Both the position numbers and the translations under genes were made by a program. Below, piece after piece: positions 21,452 through 24,000 of a stretch of DNA of 24,000 nt. Under the pieces are notes generated by a model. That model saw only the letters and a list, made by a program, of their open reading frames with translations. It was not told the origin of the DNA and did no database searches. The stretch covers positions 1-24,000 of the forward strand of contig JARVJX010000006.1 of NCBI GenBank assembly GCA_029775995.1. Reading direction: 5' to 3'. The stretch comes from Nitrososphaeria archaeon. Lineage in GTDB: Archaea > Thermoproteota > Nitrososphaeria > Nitrososphaerales > JARVJX01. Each line of letters starts with the position of its first letter. Position 1 is the stretch's first letter.

Positions 21452-21799
21452 TTGAAGATAGTTTTAAACGAATGGTTCAAGCTACCAAGATTAGGAAAGG
21501 AAACTTTTATCAAGCTTATGAGCATAGGTGTCAAATATGATAAGACTAAGGGCTTTTTAGTAAATGAAGGCACAAATTTGCTATCCTTCTCATCGGTAAT
21601 AAAGGAGGCTTTAAGAGAAGAGGTTGAGTTCTATCCGAAGTGTGCTATAGATGAGTTGGTTACTCCCTGTGATATCTGTGCTTATAGAGAGGTATGTGAT
21701 AGAAAGGAGATTTCATCTAAATGTTTGTGTGATGAGTGCTATAATAATCGAGATATTTTCACTTTTTATACAACAAACCTCGCATCTAAAATTGAATAG
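21452..21799 (+). CDS. hypothetical Cys-rich protein (7 Cys in 32 residues), translationally coupled to rfcL
   Basis: 115 aa. TTG starts immediately after the rfcL TAG, and AGAGGT lies about 7-10 nt upstream. The C-terminal cluster is C-x8-C-x2-C-x5-C-x8-C-x-C-x2-C (CAIDELVTPCDICAYREVCDRKEISSKCLCDEC). I do not recognise a family. Confidence 0.5.
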   Translation: MKIVLNEWFKLPRLGKETFIKLMSIGVKYDKTKGFLVNEGTNLLSFSSVIKEALREEVEFYPKCAIDELVTPCDICAYREVCDRKEISSKCLCDECYNNRDIFTFYTTNLASKIE

Positions 21800-22478
21800 A
21801 TAAGTAAATTTTGAAACCAATAGGGTTGGATTGGAAGAGGAGAGAGTTGTTAAAGTATCTGGAGAGAAGTATTGATGAGCTAATAAGAGGAAAGGTTAAA
21901 AACTTTTTCAAGCATTTAAGCTACCAAATGCTGGGAGAGATAAAAAGATATGAGGTATAATAGCTTGGCTAAGATATGCTTTACTTGTAGATACTTTTTC
22001 CAAATATTACTGTAAACTTTTAAATAGCCTTTATTAAAGAGGGATATCGGGATAAATGGCCCCTATTAGCTATCAAATTTTATCATAGTGAGTTAACTTT
22101 AACTATCTGCTTTTAGGATTACCTAAAAAAGTTCCTAATGGTTTAATATATAGCTTAATAGTTAAATGTCTAAGTCTTATAGTAAGATTTTTAGTCCTTT
22201 GAATTAATTTTAACTTATCTTATAAAGCTTAAGGAAACGAGAAAAAGAGGTCATATTTTATATCAAGATTGATACTCACTCAATTCTTCCTTATTGTCTC
22301 CTCTTTACTAATGGGTAACCTCCATATTACTGTTATACCTATAATTACAAACCCTACGCTAATTAATAAAATCCTCTTCCTACTCAATTATGGCGTCTTT
22401 TAGAAAGCTAGGGATTATATTTGCTATTTACATATGTAAAGCTTATTTACTAAATTACTATATATTTTATGATAGTCT

Positions 22479-23108
22479 TTGCCTTTAGTTCTTGATAAAA
22501 TCGATATGATACTTATAAAGGCTCTACTGGAAGATGGTAGGCTTTCCTATAGACGATTGGCAAAGATAGCAAAGGTAAGCACACCAACGGCTGAAGCGAG
22601 AATTAAAAGAATGTTAAGCACGGGGTTTATAAGAAAGATAAGTCCTATCTTTGATTTTGAGAAAGTTAGCCAAGGTGTTTCAGCCATTTTGCGCTTAAAG
22701 GTTGACCCCTCCCTTATAAATGAGTTCACATCTTACCTTTCCTCTTTAGATGAGGTTAGAAACCTTTTTTTAACTACAGGAGATTCAAATCTGCTTCTAA
22801 GGGTTGCTTGCTCTTCTACTGATGAATTACAAAGCTTTCTTGATACAAAGATCTATAATAGAGCGGGTATAAGCTTTGTAGATAGCTGTGTGATAACAAA
22901 AACCATTAAAGATGAGCAAGGTTTCTCAATTAAACCTGAAATTAGAATTCAGTTAATATGCGATTATTGTGGGGGAGAAATAAAAGGAGCACCCTTTAAA
23001 CTTAGGGTTGGAGAAAGTGTGAGATATTTATGCTGTAAAACCTGTTTAGAAGCCTATAAGGAGAAGTATGGGTCAAGAATCTCTAAGCTTCAGAAGGTAT
23101 CACCCTAA
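22479..23108 (+). CDS. Lrp/AsnC-type HTH regulator fused to a C-terminal TRASH metal-binding domain (CopR/CopT-like)
   Basis: 209 aa. N-terminal LDKIDMILIKALLEDGRLSYRRLAKIAKVSTPTAEARIKRM matches the Lrp/AsnC HTH. A RAM-like middle follows. The C-terminal CDYC-x20-CCKTC is the TRASH C-x2-C-x19-22-C-x3-C motif. TTG start is supported because the conserved LDKID precedes the first ATG. Confidence 0.85.
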   Translation: MPLVLDKIDMILIKALLEDGRLSYRRLAKIAKVSTPTAEARIKRMLSTGFIRKISPIFDFEKVSQGVSAILRLKVDPSLINEFTSYLSSLDEVRNLFLTTGDSNLLLRVACSSTDELQSFLDTKIYNRAGISFVDSCVITKTIKDEQGFSIKPEIRIQLICDYCGGEIKGAPFKLRVGESVRYLCCKTCLEAYKEKYGSRISKLQKVSP

Positions 23109-23182
23109 GTAAAGAATATATTTTCATTTGTAAAGAAGTAATTTAATCTATGTATTAATCTTAACCTTATCGGTGAATTTAT

Positions 23183-23389
23183 TTGTTTTGGAAGAGAAAA
23201 GCTAAAGATCCTGTATGTGGAATGAGCTTAGAAATAAAGAAGGCTGAGTTTAAAAGCGAATATAATGAAAGCATGTACTATTTCTGCTCTGCTGAGTGTA
23301 AAAATGTATTTGAAAAGGATCCAGTAAAATATTTAGAGATGAGACATAAAGAGAGTTCCCATCACCATTCTGGTGGACATTGCTGCTAG
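23183..23389 (+). CDS. YHS/TRASH-domain metallochaperone (CopM-like) with a His/Cys-rich tail
   Basis: 68 aa. DPVCGMSLE...YYFCSAECKNVFEKDPVKY is the YHS/TRASH signature. The tail is HKESSHHHSGGHCC. A TTG start is required to retain DPVCGM, and GGTGA lies 7 nt upstream. Confidence 0.8.
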   Translation: MFWKRKAKDPVCGMSLEIKKAEFKSEYNESMYYFCSAECKNVFEKDPVKYLEMRHKESSHHHSGGHCC

Positions 23390-23413
23390 CTTTTACGAAC
23401 TGAGGGGCTTAGT

Positions 23414-23674
23414 ATGTCCAACGAAGAAGAAACATTAACTGAAAAACGAATTAAACCTTCAGCCTCTACTTTAGCTAAGCCTTTAACTTCTCCAGCAAGA
23501 ATAGTGGTTCCAAGAATAGTTAAGCAAATTCCTCCTCCAAAGCCCACTCAACCTTTGCCTATAGTAAAGCCTTTACCTAGAAGGGATTTTATAAAGTATG
23601 CAGCAATAGCTTCGTTTCCTGATAGCTTCTTTTCTTTAACCATTTTTAACACTACATATTTCTTAAGCTTATGA
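23414..23674 (+). CDS. doubtful ORF: Pro-rich, with a twin-arginine-like motif near its C-terminus; possible gene remnant
   Basis: 86 aa. GAGGGG lies 7 nt upstream of the ATG. It contains PRRDFIKYAAIASF, which matches Tat consensus RR-x-F-L/I-K plus an h-region. The ORF ends 24 residues later and no mature domain follows. The opposite strand also has a partially open frame. Confidence 0.25.
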   Translation: MSNEEETLTEKRIKPSASTLAKPLTSPARIVVPRIVKQIPPPKPTQPLPIVKPLPRRDFIKYAAIASFPDSFFSLTIFNTTYFLSL

Positions 23675-23765
23675 TATTAGTATTATGGTATTTTAGAGAT
23701 GAGTAAAAGCCTTTACTACTTGTTAATAACACTTATATCTTAGGTTTTATTTAAAAGAATAATTC

Positions 23766-24000
23766 ATGAAGGCTCAACTATTAACAAAAATTGGAAGCAT
23801 AGAAACTAACCCTCTTATTTATCAAGAGGTCCCTACCCCTGAAGTAAAGTCTAATGAAGTATTAATAAGGATTAAAGCCTGTGGGGTATGCCATTCAAAT
23901 ATTCATATGATAGAGGGGGAATTTCAAGAATTTGGTATACCTAGTAAGTTGCCCATAATACCCGGTCATGAGATAACAGGTATCATAGAAGAAAAAGGTA
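23766..24000 (+). CDS. zinc-dependent alcohol dehydrogenase (MDR family), N-terminal part, truncated by the window end
   Basis: Hand translation: MKAQLLTKIGSIETNPLIYQEVPTPEVKSNEVLIRIKACGVCHSNIHMIEGEFQEFGIPSKLPIIPGHEITGIIEEKG... It carries the catalytic-zinc signature CGVCHS and GHE. It is absent from the ORF track because it is open at the edge. Confidence 0.85.
   Translation, partial: MKAQLLTKIGSIETNPLIYQEVPTPEVKSNEVLIRIKACGVCHSNIHMIEGEFQEFGIPSKLPIIPGHEITGIIEEKG

Noticed and set aside
21800-22478. Replication origin next to rfcL.
   Set aside because: I found no repeated ORB or mini-ORB-like elements, no dyad-symmetric repeats flanking an AT-rich unwinding element, and no cdc6/orc1 gene in the window.
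23386-23643. Minus-strand frame MVKEKKLSGNEAIAAYFIKSLLGKGFTIGKG-TGA-VGFGGGICLTILGTTILAGEVKGLAKVEAEG..., considered as a selenocysteine or read-through gene (in-frame TGA at 23550-23548).
   Set aside because: The Gly-rich stretch is simply the complement of the Pro-rich plus-strand frame. I see no SECIS-like element or sel genes. The two halves are each under 60 aa, so the evidence is insufficient. It is kept only as an alternative to the plus-strand ORF.

Overview
This is an archaeal chromosomal window. TACK-type hallmarks are a 16S-23S rRNA operon on the minus strand with no spacer tRNA and no linked 5S, long bulged processing stems around both rRNAs, an ESCRT-III/CdvB-like gene, a DGGGP synthase, an RFC large subunit, TATA-box promoters and several near-leaderless genes. 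Protein-coding DNA is AT-rich (hand-counted lines about 27-30% GC), while the rRNA block is about 60% GC. That contrast is typical of a low-GC thermophile. The genes are mostly housekeeping:
- guaB and tRNA-Leu(UAA)
- an overlapping FAH-cofE-cofD (F420) operon
- a UbiB/ABC1 kinase
- a HemL-like aminotransferase, YjbQ, glycerate 2-kinase and an orphan Lpd
- a wHTH protein
- a translationally coupled DGGGP synthase / RFC-L / Cys-rich ORF trio
- an Lrp-TRASH regulator plus a YHS/TRASH metallochaperone (Sulfolobus cop-like) with no ATPase
- a Zn-ADH truncated at the right edge

Three unusually long ORF-free spacers interrupt an otherwise compact layout. The one after the tRNA holds a stop-riddled IS6-like transposase remnant and a perfect 3 x 19 bp tandem repeat. 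I see no CRISPR array, no defence or toxin module and no convincing novel multi-gene system. The best leads are:
- the tRNA-Leu with an extra 11-13 nt, probably a non-canonical intron
- the FAH gene fused into the F420 operon
- an unlisted 50-aa zinc-finger ORF
- a 7-Cys ORF coupled to RFC-L
- the ATPase-less copper module followed by a Tat-motif fragment

All family assignments come from reading motifs by eye. No database search was run.
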